The notes under the pieces are model-generated. The model made no database searches. It had not been told where the DNA came from and saw only the letters and a program-made list of their open reading frames with translations. Source: the human T2T-CHM13v2.0 reference genome, Homo sapiens. Taken from it: a DNA stretch of 64,000 nt. The position numbers were made by a program, and so were the translations under genes. Every line of letters begins with the position of its first letter. The stretch's first letter is position 1. Where the stretch lies: NCBI RefSeq assembly GCF_009914755.1, contig NC_060942.1, one strand, 5' to 3'. Below are positions 27,437 to 41,600 of the stretch, one piece after another.

Positions 27437-29085
27437 CTGAGAGTTAAAGATTTCCACTTGTGAGTAAGATAATGCACTCAGCTGCATTAAGCAGACAATT
27501 AATTTATCCCCTTGGCTGCCCACTACCCATCCTTAATGTACTTTAAAAAGGAAATAATGCTTACCTTGCTTTAACTTGCACAGTGTCTGGAAGGAAAAAG
27601 GCATGCAGGAGATAAGACTAAAATCACTGCAGTAAGAATCACCCTGATCATCATTGGATCATCATGTCAAATAGAACTTCATAATATTGTTACAGAGACA
27701 TCAGAGCAGATGGGTAAGAAAGAGTGTCATGTGAGAAAGTGGAGTGTTATTACTTCATTTCATCTTCCTGTATTGCAATTATAAAATGTGCTGAAATTCA
27801 GCAGGGTGACCAGTATATCAACCTCTGACAAACGCCAGGCTTTCAAGTGTCTGAGGTAATCAAAGATACCCCATAAATGGTCCAAGATAAACATGGCTAG
27901 GCCCTGATTCTTGAAAATGTGATCTGTTCAAGTGGGATTGCAAAGAGTCCACATCTTAATTGAAAGAACATAGTAATCTACTTGGCTAGGGAATTAGAAT
28001 GCTCCAGAAGAAATGCTATCTATCCTGGTTGGTATAATACTTTGTTATATGAGGACATAGGCTAGAAGGTGATGGTCTCACAAGATTCCTATTAGCTCTT
28101 CAATACATAAGCCTGAATCATTTAATTTTATTTTACTCAGACAAACTTTTAATGGACTCCTATAGTCTGCATGGTATAAACTTCTTAACAGGAGATTCAA
28201 AGCCCTTGATCATCTAGCTCAAACTAGTCAGGCAAACTTTTTTCACACTGTCCTCCCACATAAATTCTGTTCCATTTGCGTTGAGCTGCATAATACCCTC
28301 TGAATACACATTACTGAAACTTGCCCCCATCCATTGCACGAGATTGGCCATCCACTACAACATTTTACCATAAAAAATTGTAACAACAAAAAATAACAGC
28401 ATTTTATTCATCAAACAAAATCTTCCCCAACATCCAAGTCGGTCCCTTCCTCTCCCATAGAGTCTTCTTTGAAAGTCTCATTATGAAATATCTTCTTCTG
28501 AGGACTGGTAGTGCTTGATATCTCCACTGCCATGTCACACACTACATTACATGGCTAATTATCTGTTTCTATGAATAGGCCTTTCTCCCTTTCTAAATGA
28601 CAATTTCATAAGATCACACCTGTGTTTTAAAACTTTCACCTTTTTACAGAATCTGGTACTGTGCCTGCCCTAGACTTGATGCACAGCAAGGTCAAGAATC
28701 AGGTCATGTGTTCACTACTATATTCCTAGACCTTGGCATAGAATCTAGCGAGCTGCGGAAAGGAAAGCAGCACTTTTCCTTTTGGATTTCTCAGATACGA
28801 AGAACATCTGCTCCTCTTGACTCTGTACATGTACAGACCACGTTAGATAAATGTCAGGAGAATGGAAGTATCTACAAGTTATTTTAAATATGTTAAAAAA
28901 GAAAATCCCATTCATCCTTTAAAGAGAAAAACAAACATTATAAGCCCTCTTACGGTGAATTTCTATTTGGCTAACAATCTCCAATGAAATATAGAGATAA
29001 AAATCAAAAATAATACAGAAACATAAAATTAAAAATAGTTCAAGTTGTGAGATTTATTCAATAATTGCATTTGATTTGGGGGTAG

Positions 29086-29414
<329 letters not shown>

Positions 29415-31425
29415 AGGTGTTTATTTTTTTAAGTGAAATAGTAGTTCATAACCCACTAAAAATTACTCTTTCAACTAATCACTGTTTATGGCACCTATCC
29501 TATACTGGGGACTGATTATAAAATTCATATTCTTTGTAACGTACACTGAGAATAGCCTCAGCGGGAAAAAAAGGGGTGAGGACAAGAATTTTTTTTATGA
29601 AAAAGTTGAAGGAAATACTCTGAAATTGGGCTCAACTTTGTCCCAGTCAACAACCGTGATGGCTTTCAACATATGTCTTACAAAGCGTATTGGCATGGAT
29701 TTTGTTGCATCTTTGGTAACTATGTAAATGAGAAATTTTATGTAACCCACAATAAAGACAAAGCCATGATATAGTAATGTGCTTTCTTTTCAATCTATCC
29801 ATACCTCTTTCACTGCCAGAAATGAATTTCTGAAAGAAAGTATACCTGTGATCAGCGGGTCTGCAAATCAAGACCTCGATTACAAAGTGTTGCAATGCAT
29901 TATAGGAACCAAGATGCTAAAATCTGAAACTGAGGTGTTCTCATCACATTTTGGATCTCCAAAACAAAAAAGAACACCTGACTCTTATGCCTTTTCTCTT
30001 CTCCCACTCTCTTCCAACCTTTGCACACTGGATAAAGAATTTGTAATGTTGCCAACCTTGCCACTTAATGATCTGGATGCATCTACATAATGGCCTCCTG
30101 ATACTGGCCGTTATAAATGAGATTCACGTTATTTATAAATTAGCTCTCTTGTTCTGCATATTCCTGAGTTTATCATCATTAAGGAGCAGAAATGTTTCTC
30201 AACAAAAGGCCCAGGTACTATGGCGATAGACACAATAGTAACGCTTAGATACACAGATAGGCATGTTGCTGTTTTGGTCTTTTGTATCCATCTTCACTTG
30301 TCCCAGATATGCCATTTTCTGATTCTCAGGGTGCAGAATGTTTTGAAATACATTTGCGTATTCATGGATTGTTGGCTGTATTCACATTTTTATATTCAGC
30401 TAATATTTAAATGTATTTAGGAAACAGGCCTCAATTTAGATTTGCAATGTGGTATGAAATATCATAAAGGGAAATCACTTTCAGGCTGTTAGATCTGGTG
30501 CAGCTGGGGAGATAGAGAGGTTCAAAACATCTGTCAGCCCACAACATTTTCACAAACCCTTTCCATACTCAACAATACTAAGCAATACGGCTGCTAACCC
30601 AGAAAACATAAAGACCTGTAGAAACATTAGAGCAAGGGAAGAAATATGATTTTCAACCATTTTATTTAAATTCTTATCGGTTCACAGACCGAGTTCTTTT
30701 GGGCAGACTAATAATGTCCAGGTGTGGGCCTGTGTCTGTGCCAATTTTAAGGCTGGTTTAGTCTATGGCTGAAAAAGACAGAGGAGGACTTCCTATAAGG
30801 AGGAAATACATGAAGAAAGGTTTCAAGGGAGCAAGCTATTTTGAGATGTCCAGTGCCTTCATCAGCACCTAATACATAAACTCTCAGGTCCTTATTTGCC
30901 TCTAGGCAATTAGCCCAGTGGATTCATGTACAGAGCGAACAAGATCTAACCCATATAAAAGTATAGGTCCCAACTTTACACGTGTTATATCCTGTGGCCT
31001 CAGGCTAAGCTCCTTATCCCAGTTAGTCATCTTGCAAAGTTAGCTGGGCAGGAGTGCAAGCCACTTCTGCTGTCAGAATAGTCTATTGATACAGAGATGG
31101 CATCTCCTGTCCATAACAGATTCTAAATGTCTCCCTTTTATAGAGAACAAAGTGTCCTAACACAAACACTACTCATGGGTAGTACTTAGTAAAGTTTTGA
31201 TAATGATGTTGATAATGATAGTAGTGATGATGGTATTAATGAAAACAAAGATGAAGATATTTTTTCAAGGTTCCCACCAGCAAAAGGCAAGCAATTTATT
31301 TGTGGTCCTGCCCAAAAATAAAATAAAACAAACAAAACAAAAAACAAAAACAGAAAGCTTCTTTTATGTCGTCTGTATTGTCAATGTGTTTGTTTATGTG
31401 CATGCACACACATATGTGTGCCTGC

Positions 31426-31505
31426 TGATAAGGAACTAAACAAAATTAACAGCTGACATTGGTCAAAGCATCAGCTGTGGCCTGAGATAAATGGCACATT
31501 GTGGT
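31426..31505. promoter_or_regulatory. Candidate GATA/E-box/RUNX enhancer module
   Basis: TGATAA 31426, CAGCTG 31450 and 31472, AGATAA 31485, TGTGGT 31500. Confidence 0.35.
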
Positions 31506-32229
31506 AGTGTTCCACTTTCATGATGTAGCTGTGGCTGAAAGTCAGACAATAAAGTCACTGCCTGTCTCTGGCAAAATTTACATTGATTAGAGAAGCAATC
31601 ACTCAACAAACATCCCTGGCCAACTCACATGATTCTGGAGACACATAATCTATATTCATAAAGCATTTTGGGATAATTAAATATCAGGTTCTAGGACAGT
31701 ACAAGATACAATTAATCATTGAGAAAAACAAAGAATCTCCATTCAGCTAGATGTACGGCACAGGTGAGGAGAGAGGGAGACCGGAAAATTTTAAATCCAC
31801 TTCACAAATCCACTCAGGGTAGTGGGTTTGAAGCACTCTAATTTACTATATAATACCTCTTTTAGAAACAACAACTTAGAATCAGCTAATAGATTACACA
31901 CTGAGAGCAAAGAGACAATCTGGTAACAAGCCATTTCAACATAGAAGACTCAAGATTTCACTCAATAGAAACCAAAATAAGGATTAACAGTGCCACTATT
32001 TAATTAATTATAAAATAACTCAATAGTTCATTATCTTTCTTTGAATATGGCATTTGTTTCCTTAATCCGAATGTAGGATCTTTAAATCAGGGATTATGTG
32101 ATATATTTCTTTTGTACCAAACCAGTATTTAGCACAGTGCATTGCAATGCGTAGATACTCAATAAATTTCTGTTCATTGATAGCTTCACTAGTATTCTCG
32201 ACACAGGGCTCTGATTATTATAACATTAC

Positions 32230-32269
32230 CATACACACACACACATACACACATACACACACACACACA
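32230..32269. repeat. (CA)n microsatellite (interrupted)
   Basis: Direct inspection. Confidence 0.9.
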
Positions 32270-34928
32270 AATTGTCACTGACTCCCTATTAGCTGTAAAA
32301 TACAGTCTAAGACTTTGAGCTTATTCCACACCTTGTAACTGAGCCCAAACTGACCTTTCCAACTTTAATTTCCCCCTATGCCCCCATACAGCTCACAGTT
32401 TGCTATTTATGTGCCGCAATTCCTTGCATTGCTTGGTTCAGTTTGCTTTCTTTATATGAAATATTCCTTTTCTCATCATTTCATATTTTCCCTGGCCAAA
32501 TGTTAGTTCCTTCGTGCGCCCTTCCCTGTTTCTCCCTGAGACTTCCAAATTGAAGCAATCGCCGCCTTCCTTGAACCTCCGTAGAATATTAGACATGTCT
32601 CTCATATGGATTTGCACATTCCATAGAGTCATGCTTGTGCTTGTCATATTTACTCTGCCATTCCATAAATTCTCTGAGAATAAGATCTCCAAAAGTTTGA
32701 TTCATCTTCGAAAATCCCTAGGCTTTTAGCATCTTTGAAACCCCTAAGGCCCTTAACACAGAGAGGTTCCCAGTAGATATTTGCTGAATTAATTTGCTGT
32801 TGATTAATTTATTTATAGAAGAAGGAAAAATCTGGGTAGAAATTCTGATGAAGTAAATAAAAATGATCTCTTCCCTTTGATACAAATTATTACAATCACA
32901 TTCTGAGTTGTTATGAATGGTAATTTAGCTCAGGAGGCATTTACTCAATACTGTGTTTAGTAACTTTAAAGACTCATCCTAGCCGCAGCAGACATATTTA
33001 TATCCTAATGCACACTCCTCTCATTTTTTACACGTCCTGCCTCACCTGGTATTTCATAGTTTTTCCTTCTTCATGCCATTCACCCAACTTCCTTCCTGTC
33101 TGGCCTCACACATACTCTAACCTTTTCCTTTTTTGGTTGACCATGTAATTAAGTAGCTTATAACCTGGTTAGCTTTTTGGCAACAATTTTACCCAACCCA
33201 GTGGCTGACTGACTTCCAAAGAAAATTTTTTAAATTATAAGTTCACTCCCAAGATGCATAAGTTATCAGTCTTCTGCTTCCTGGCAGAGAAAGGAAAACA
33301 AAGGCAAAAAATACAAAAAGCACTTCCAACACAGGTAGTCATTTTTACATCCAGGGAGGTGAAATCTATCCCTTCAAAACAACACACTTATTCTGCTTAG
33401 AAGATGCCTTATAGTTTCCCAAATTTCTAGACTTTTGGAGGATATATGACTACTTTTTTTTCCAGGAAGACTTTCCAGAAAGTGGTGGACTGACATCTCC
33501 ATGAGGATGACTATATATTATTTACCACATCCTGCATCTCTAGTGCAATTCCTATAATACAATGGGTCCTCTGTAAATATCTGATAAATGAGTTTACATA
33601 TAAATGAATGCACAACGTTCCTCTGCAGTCCCTCACATAAATGATGCTGGTCCAAATGGTCCTAACATTTCTTTCTCCTGATGAGCTAAGAGGTCTATGA
33701 GAGCTCTATGATCTGTTTGTGACTCACTTCTCACAGACAGATGTAGCTCTACATGAAACGGGAAAATGTTGAACATAGAAGAGAGGACACAGGAGGAGAA
33801 GGCTTAGAAAAGAGACAAGGAACAAAAAAAATTAAAAAGCTATAAAAATGCCTCTATTTGCACAGCAATTTGCTACATTTTGCAATGATCTTTCGTATGC
33901 ATTTTCTCGATTGGGCTTCTTGATGCCTCAGCAAGGAGCCAGAGTAGGTATCATCCCCACCTCACCACTGTAGCTCCATGCACACAGTACATGTTATATT
34001 ACAGATGAGAAACCTAATGTTTACAGAGAGGATCCAGCTAGTGGGTCACAGATCTCCTAATTCCAGCATCCAAATCAATATTTGAAGTAAGCTTATTTTT
34101 CAGCTGTAAATCTGACTACAATTCATTGTGCTAAACAGACATACCATGTGGAATGTTCTCAGCTCATCTCTTCCCAGTTCCTCTTTTTTCCTCTAAGTCT
34201 AGATAGATGAGGGTTTCAAAACAAACACCACACATCCTTCCCTGAAATACTCCTATTTCTCCTTACATCCAAGAATCTTTTCAGTTGTCTTGCCTGTCAA
34301 TTCTGAGGCAGTGACCCACCAAGTCTACCCCATGTACTCCCAGTCACTCGGCTCATTTGTTGGGAATGAATAATTGAGTCCAATTACTACACCCCTGGCT
34401 AAGCAAATTCTGAGCAATCCTAGTGAAACACTTGTAGCCTAGCAGTCAAGCGCTGTCTTTAGCACAGTGTGGTCAAAAACGATTTGGCTAAATCAGGTAG
34501 AGAAAACGCCTGCTTTATCTAAAAGAAATTTCTGAGGAAGTCTCTTCAAACAGTTTTGAAAGAAGAACATAGGTTCTTGGCCTTTCATCCTTTTTATAAT
34601 TACTCTATGATGCCTAGTGGGCAGTAGCAGGTGGAAGAAACACTTGAGGGTGATCTCAGAGTCTGGGATCTTGGTCCCTGGCCTTGAGCCTCGCTCTTAC
34701 TAATTAGGAGACCCTGGTTGTTCAAAATGGGCCTGGATAGGGAAGCCCATATGACCCTTTTGCCAAGACAAAGACCCTCCGCTTCCAGGGCTGTAGCCCA
34801 CCTTAGAGAGCCATAGTGTCTGGCATTCAGTCCCTGCTTAGCCGCTGCCAGGCACCTTTGCTCAGGATACACACACCCCCACAATAGGAGGTAGCCTTGC
34901 CTGGTTGTCCTTCACCAAGCTCCCCTTT

Positions 34929-35202
<274 letters not shown>

Positions 35203-36054
35203 CAAGCTATCCTTTCACAACTTCAAGTACACCCAGGTGGCTCTAGGAGCCTCTGGTATTATAATGATATTTGAGAAAATTCTTCCTGATCTCTCCTTTC
35301 CACTCCTCCTCCCCTCTTTGCTGGGCAGCATGTTGCAGACCCCTCAGCTTTGCCCCGACTCATCTGGCCCCATTTAAACTTGGCATCAAAAAGATGCTAT
35401 TCCAGACTGCCAATTTTTACCCCCAATTTTCAGTCTCTGGATATCACTGCTAATTTTTATTCCCAGTTTCCAGGCTCTTCAGTACATAGCACTTCTCTCC
35501 TTTCAAACAGCTGAGAATCGCTTCATCCAATGCTTAGGCCAATGACCAAAACTAAAAAAAATGGGAATGTGCTATGAAGAGGAATTATCATGAAGACAAA
35601 TATCAAATTGTAGCTATGAAATTATTTTGGCAAATACATAAAGGTGTGCTATAGCAATGCAATGCATGGAATTCCAGGCAGATCAGATCTCTAGAAAGGA
35701 CCCTAGGTGAACAAGTGCCCAAATGCACTTACATACTTCTACACCACAGCCTTGGAGAGGCAAGGAGCACCCAGATAGCTGCTGGCCTCCCCGCCTCCAT
35801 TTCCTCACCCACGTAGTAAAACAAGGCAAAGTTTATATTCTTTCCATTCGTGTCTGTAAAATTCCCAAGGAAAGTACTTGGCAAAGGAAGAAAGACAGCT
35901 AAAATCAAACCTCAATTTTTTTTTCCTCCTTCCTCTCAGATCCCCTGATTTATTCACTCCAGAAGACAAGTGGCATTTGGAATTTAAACTTTCAAGCCTA
36001 GAGGAATAACGGCTAGGAAGATGAGAAGATAAGTCAACCAAAATAGAGTAAGTT

Positions 36055-36290
36055 AGAAAAGGCAAAGGAGGGGGAAGTCAGGGTAGAGAAAAAAGAAAAC
36101 AATGAATGAAATAAGAGAGGAGGGGTGGAGCTACGGAAAGAAAGAGGAAGAGAGTTGGAGGGAAAGATGTGGGAGAGAGATCAAATGCAGGAGAGAGGGA
36201 AATGATAAAGGAATGAAAGCAGAAGAAGTGGAGGAGGAGGAGAAAGCTAAAGGAAACAAGGAGAAGGAGGGGGAAAAGCAGGGGAAATAT
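36055..36290. repeat. GA-rich low-complexity tract
   Basis: Direct inspection; similar tracts at ~24580-24760 and (CT-rich) ~39780-39940. Confidence 0.75.
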
Positions 36291-37316
36291 GTTGGGTGAA
36301 TGATGCTTAATTTGATACAAAGGTAAGTTGTCATTGAAAGCACCAGATGTTTTCATTTGCCACAGCTAAGATTTAAAAGACAGAAATTCAATTTAGTTGT
36401 TCTTTTCTCTAATAAAAAAATATGTTTTATCCCAATGGGAAGACCTGTTTCTTTCTGCCAATAAGTATCAGCACCTAATCTGAAGCCTTCAATAAAACAA
36501 TGCCATTAAATAATTTAACATGGAAAAAAGCCACCGATGTCTGTGAAATAATGTATAGATTTCAGATGGATCAAACTTTAAAACGGAAAAACAAAGTGTA
36601 AGAAATGAGTTTTGGGAAACAAAGGGGCATCTGCCACCAAACAAAAAGGAAATGCATCAGGCCTAGAGCATTGGAAGTAGCCACAGCAAGCATCTACACT
36701 AGCACAGCGTTGTGTTAAAGCACACAACTGCCTTCTCTCAATGCTCTGAGAAAAATATGCAGAACAGAGAGCATGCAGAATGAAATCTGGGGACCAAGTC
36801 AAATTGATTATTCTTCCCCCAGAATACAAACCTGTGCATTCAGTGAGATCTCTCAGAAATGTCCATAGAGGGTGGTCACCACATGGGGGTGTCCTCCAGG
36901 ATTTCCAGAATAAAAGAGAAAGAACCGGGACTAGATCCTAGCAGACTGAAGGTCTAATTCAAGTTTGCCACTAACTAAAACATAGTCTTTTTAAGGTTTT
37001 TATTCCCAAAGGGTCTTCATTTTTTTCCCATTGGTAAATTTTGATGATGGTACTTTAAAAACCATAAAAGTGTCATGGAAACACACAGTGAAGTTACTCT
37101 CTGCACAAAACTTCCCTCTGATTACTCATTTACTTATCCTTTCACTCACTGGTGTCTCATCAACAGCAATACAATTATCTCTACTAATTCTGAAGATACC
37201 TATTTCCTTCAACACCCCCATAAAATGGTCTATAGACCAAAAGGTTTGAGGGCCACTCACTCTGGAGCTCTCTCTCTTTCCTTCCCTCCATTAGTACCCT
37301 TATTAATCATCCAGGC

Positions 37317-37535
37317 CAGTGGTTTTCTACTCAAGCTGAGCATTAAAATCACGCAGGGAGCTAAAAAAAATAATAAGCAAAACAACGACCACAACAACAA
37401 CAAAAAGGAAAACATTGATGCCTCAGTCGCACTCCACACCAATTAAACCAGAATCTCTGTGGATTGGCACAGGTTTTCATAGTTTTTCAAGCTTCCAAGG
37501 TCATTCAAATGCATAATCAGTGTTGAGCACCACTG
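37317..37535. mobile_element. MER5A-like MITE with internal (CAA)n expansion
   Basis: TIRs CAGTGGTTTTC / GAGCACCACTG; CCAATTAAACCAGAATCTCTG core. Confidence 0.75.
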
Positions 37536-37944
37536 CTTCAGCTATACCATGGCAGTTCACTGACAGAAACACATTTGGCCAGTCCTTTCAAAACAAGAGG
37601 CAAATCAAAGGTGGACATGGAGAATCTTGTCATGAATAAAAACTGTACCTTTAGAACAAAGCAGCTAGGAACAGAGGATAGGGAGAATAGTTAAAGTTAT
37701 TAAAACTCTAGTCATTATCATCTGCCTAATGATTGAGGAAAGACTCATCTAGCATAGCTTCAATTTTTGCAATCTTTGGAGTTGGCCCTTTATAGTCATT
37801 ACCCAAATTTGAGTTAGTGTATGAATGATACCTGAATTCATGGTTATAGTTTTCCCAAACAGGATCTGGGAAGTAAACAAATACAAACTTCCTTAAATGG
37901 CACAGGAAAATCAGCACAGTCTTCTGAAAACAAAGCAAAACAAA

Positions 37945-38150
37945 ACAGGCTTTGGAATGGACAAAAGTAGGTTTGAATTCATTCTGCCACCTTCCAGCTA
38001 AGTGGCCTTGTACAAGTCATTTTACTTTTATCTGAGCCTTAGCTTCCTTATTTGTAAAAAAGGGGATAACAATAACTACTTTGAAGTATTGTAAAAATGA
38101 GAGATAGATATAGAGACCCCATGTGTCAACAGCACAATTAAATGTTGACA
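37945..38150 (+). mobile_element. MIR
   Basis: GGCTTTGGAAT..GACA..GGTTTGAAT...CCTTGTACAAGTCATTT...CTGAGCCTTAGCTTCCTTATTTGTAAAA. Confidence 0.75.
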
Positions 38151-38359
38151 ATTAGAAAGATGATGATAATCACCATCATGACTGAAAACAGAAAACTGCT
38201 GGGAAGACAGGGTATAGGAAAACTGGTCAGCTACTTGGAAGAAATCTTATATTTGGCATTACAGTGCTTCACCAAAAAATAGATACACAACGGAAAATGT
38301 GAATATTTATAAAGTTATTTGAAATTATAAACCTTAGATGAAAGGTTTATAATTTGAAT

Positions 38360-38680
38360 TGGCAGGAAGCCAAAAGCCACCTTTTCCAGCTTTCTCTTTG
38401 ACTAAGGAGGAAGCAAGACTTCTTGGCCCAATCTTGGCATTCTCCTTTCTCTTTTCTTTCTGACTTGAATGCAGATATAATGGCTAATGCCAGCTTGAAA
38501 CAATAATGGAAAAGCTAAGAGAATCACGAGAATTCAATCCCGACATCACTAAACCACCGACTCTGTACCTGTTTAACTCTAGATATTTTGTTGTGTGAGA
38601 AAAATTCAACTATATTTGCATAATAAGCATCCATAATCAAGTTTTGTATTACTTGCAGCTGAATACAGTCCTCGCTGATA
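38360..38680 (+). mobile_element. Old MLT1-type LTR fragment
   Basis: CCTTTCTC..TTCTTTCTGACTTGAATGCAGATATAATGGCT...TTACTTGCAGCTGAATACAGTCCT. Confidence 0.55.
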
Positions 38681-41600
38681 GAGTATAATTGACTAAATCT
38701 AAAAAATTCACAACTTAGAGTCTGAGTAGCTGTCACCCACAGATTTCAAAATCAATAGAGTTGAACACATAATGTTAATCTATACTCAAAGAAAGGACCT
38801 TTTCTACAATTAAAGCAGAAATGAATTGCAAACTGTTTGTGAAATGCAAAGCAAACTATACTGAGAGAAAATGCATGCTCTCCAACTTTGAATACTCCAG
38901 CTTAGTACAGCAAAGCAAACTGTACTAAGAAAGAAGAGGCATGCTCTCCAGCTTTGGATCCAGCATCAAATCACAGGCTGCTTTTAGCCTGTGTGCTCAG
39001 GACTCCAATCTTTCATCCTGATATGTAAAGCCTTTCCTTATCTGAAACTTTTTACTCAATTTTGATATAATTAAGGTTTCCCAACTGTCATCTGTGCATA
39101 CCATGGCTTTTCATGCCTTTGAGCTTATTCCTACCTTTCTCATCTGGAGGAATGTCCCACCTCATGTCTCTGCATCTGTTTCAGCTGTCCGTATTCTTCT
39201 AATGTTATGCCTCCTCCCTGAAGATACCCCGGATTTCTCAAATGCATAATGCTCTCTTCTTTTAGTTTTTAATTAAAAACACGTTTATGAGTGTGCATGC
39301 ATGCATATTCACACACACATGCATACACAAAGTCTTCTACCTTTGTCATACATCTAAACTTGCTTCCCAGGTTGTGATTTTGGAAAAAGGCAAGGCCCAT
39401 CGTATACTCAGCATCTCCAATCTTACTGCCCAGACTTATTGTTGGATCTGCACTAAAGTTAATGAAAAACTTTGAGAACTCTCAGGCAAGTGATCAGAAT
39501 TTTTATGGAATCTTCAGAAGATACCACCCCTGCCTTTATCTAATGCCTCTCTTCAGAATATCAGAAATTCAGGGTGGTCCCTAAGGAGGCATTTTAAATT
39601 GGTACAATTGGCCTGGCAACTCTCACTCGTGCATAGCCCTAAAGAAGCCAGTTAATTGAAGCACCAGAAGAATTGGTGTTATCTGGTCATATGTGGCACA
39701 TTGGCCAAGCTATCTGTCACTCTGTGACCAAGAGAGTTTCCACCAGCCCAAGGAGCTCCAAAAGTTTCTGCTGCAGAAAGTCTTGCTTCTCATTCTTGTC
39801 TGTTCCTCTCCTATGCATACTCTCACCCACTTGTTTTCTTTCTCCTTTCTTTTTCCTCCTTTCTCAATGCATCTCATCTCTTCTGTCTGCTTTCCCATTT
39901 CCCTAACATTTCTGGTTCTGCATTGCCTTTGCTTTTCTCTATAAACTTTCACTCATTGATCATTGCTTTGAATATAATTGTGTTTTTTTTTCACTCTATG
40001 TGTTCTCATTTGTTCAAAATTCTCAAGTTTGATTTACCAGTCTCTTATTTACCTGTTAGATGGCTGAAGGACAAACTAGGTTTTTTTATGATGATGAAAA
40101 CTAAGGCCCTGGCAGGAGAGGCATTTGCTCAAGGTCACAGTAAGTTCTTGTCAATGAGGACAACCACACCCCGTGAAGTTCATGGCACCGACTGTACTAC
40201 CTCGGATGTAAAAATCAATTCTCTGACAGACAGCAACCAGACATCACAAACTTCAGAATAGTGATAGAAGACCTGATTAATTATTTCCATAAAGAAATGA
40301 CAATAAAAAGAGAAGAGAGTTAAGAAACTTAGAAAGAATGAAGAAATGAAGAACAAATGCCTGTTTTCCGAAAAACAGTGTTAGCAGGATATTAGATTTA
40401 GTAGTGAATGTTAACGTCCTTTTCTACACCTGCCCTACCATGCCTTTCTGTTAGCTGGGGATTTATTTCAAGGCCTTACCAATCATATGCTAAAGCTGGA
40501 ACATCACTAAAACATCTTCTGGGAGGAGAGGGAGAAATCCAATCTAGGATTGAAAGCTGCAACTGTCATAGATAAAAAATATCCTCTGAAGACTGCTATT
40601 GAGTCAGACAGGTGGAAGAATTACTACAAAGTTGTCTGAGCTTCATGTAAGTTACTGGCTAGTACTTAGCCCAAAGCCAGGGGTATCCATTTCTAGGGAC
40701 CCTCGAGAAGAATGTAATTTGGGGCTGTTCGTATAATCACTCTCCAGTGATTCCACACTGCTCTCAGTAGGGACCCCAGAAGGAATTGGCTGAAAAGACC
40801 AGAGTTGTAAAGAATTAGACCTTTTTACTCTGAATTGTGCATTAACAAAACTCCCAGCAATGTTGAGAAATGTTCCGGCCAGAGAAGAAATACCTTTTGA
40901 ATAAAACTATTCTGTAACTTTCCACGTATTGAATGCATGACACCATTGTCATCAATAAGCTGTTACAAGAGCCCATGGTTCAATACCCATGCATTTGTAC
41001 ATTTATGTCCTGTTGACAAGAAACTCCCAGTTTTTAGTCATATAATCTCAATTTTCCTCATTAGAATCCTGTATGCCAACTGACAGCCCCAGTTAGGCCC
41101 ATATTCCCTAGAATCCTCAGCTTTATAATCTCAGTATCTCACACACACACTCACAAGTACACATACACACGAGCACACTCATATCTCATGCACATATACA
41201 GAAATGATTACTAGTTATATATTCTGTATCAAATTATCCAGGTCTAGCTGTTGCCTATGATCATGGATACTTCAATATGTGAATCCTTAATTCATGTAGA
41301 ACAGCTTTACCTTTATTCAGTAAAAATTATAATTTTATGACTTTAACAAGAGCCTAAATGATTCTTTACTTCCTCGGGTAGCTGAGTGATGAGTCAGAAT
41401 GCTCACTCAGGGACATAGCCTCTGGACAAAATTACCTAATATGCAATTACAAAATCTCTCTTTGCAGAATTTTATTGTAAAAGGGCAACTCACTCACTGG
41501 GAATGCAGACTCTTCAGAATGCTTTCTCTCATAATCAGGGTCATGGCTTTTTATTGCTCAGGAAAAGCAGAGTGGCTTACCTCTTCAAGTAAAGAGTAGC

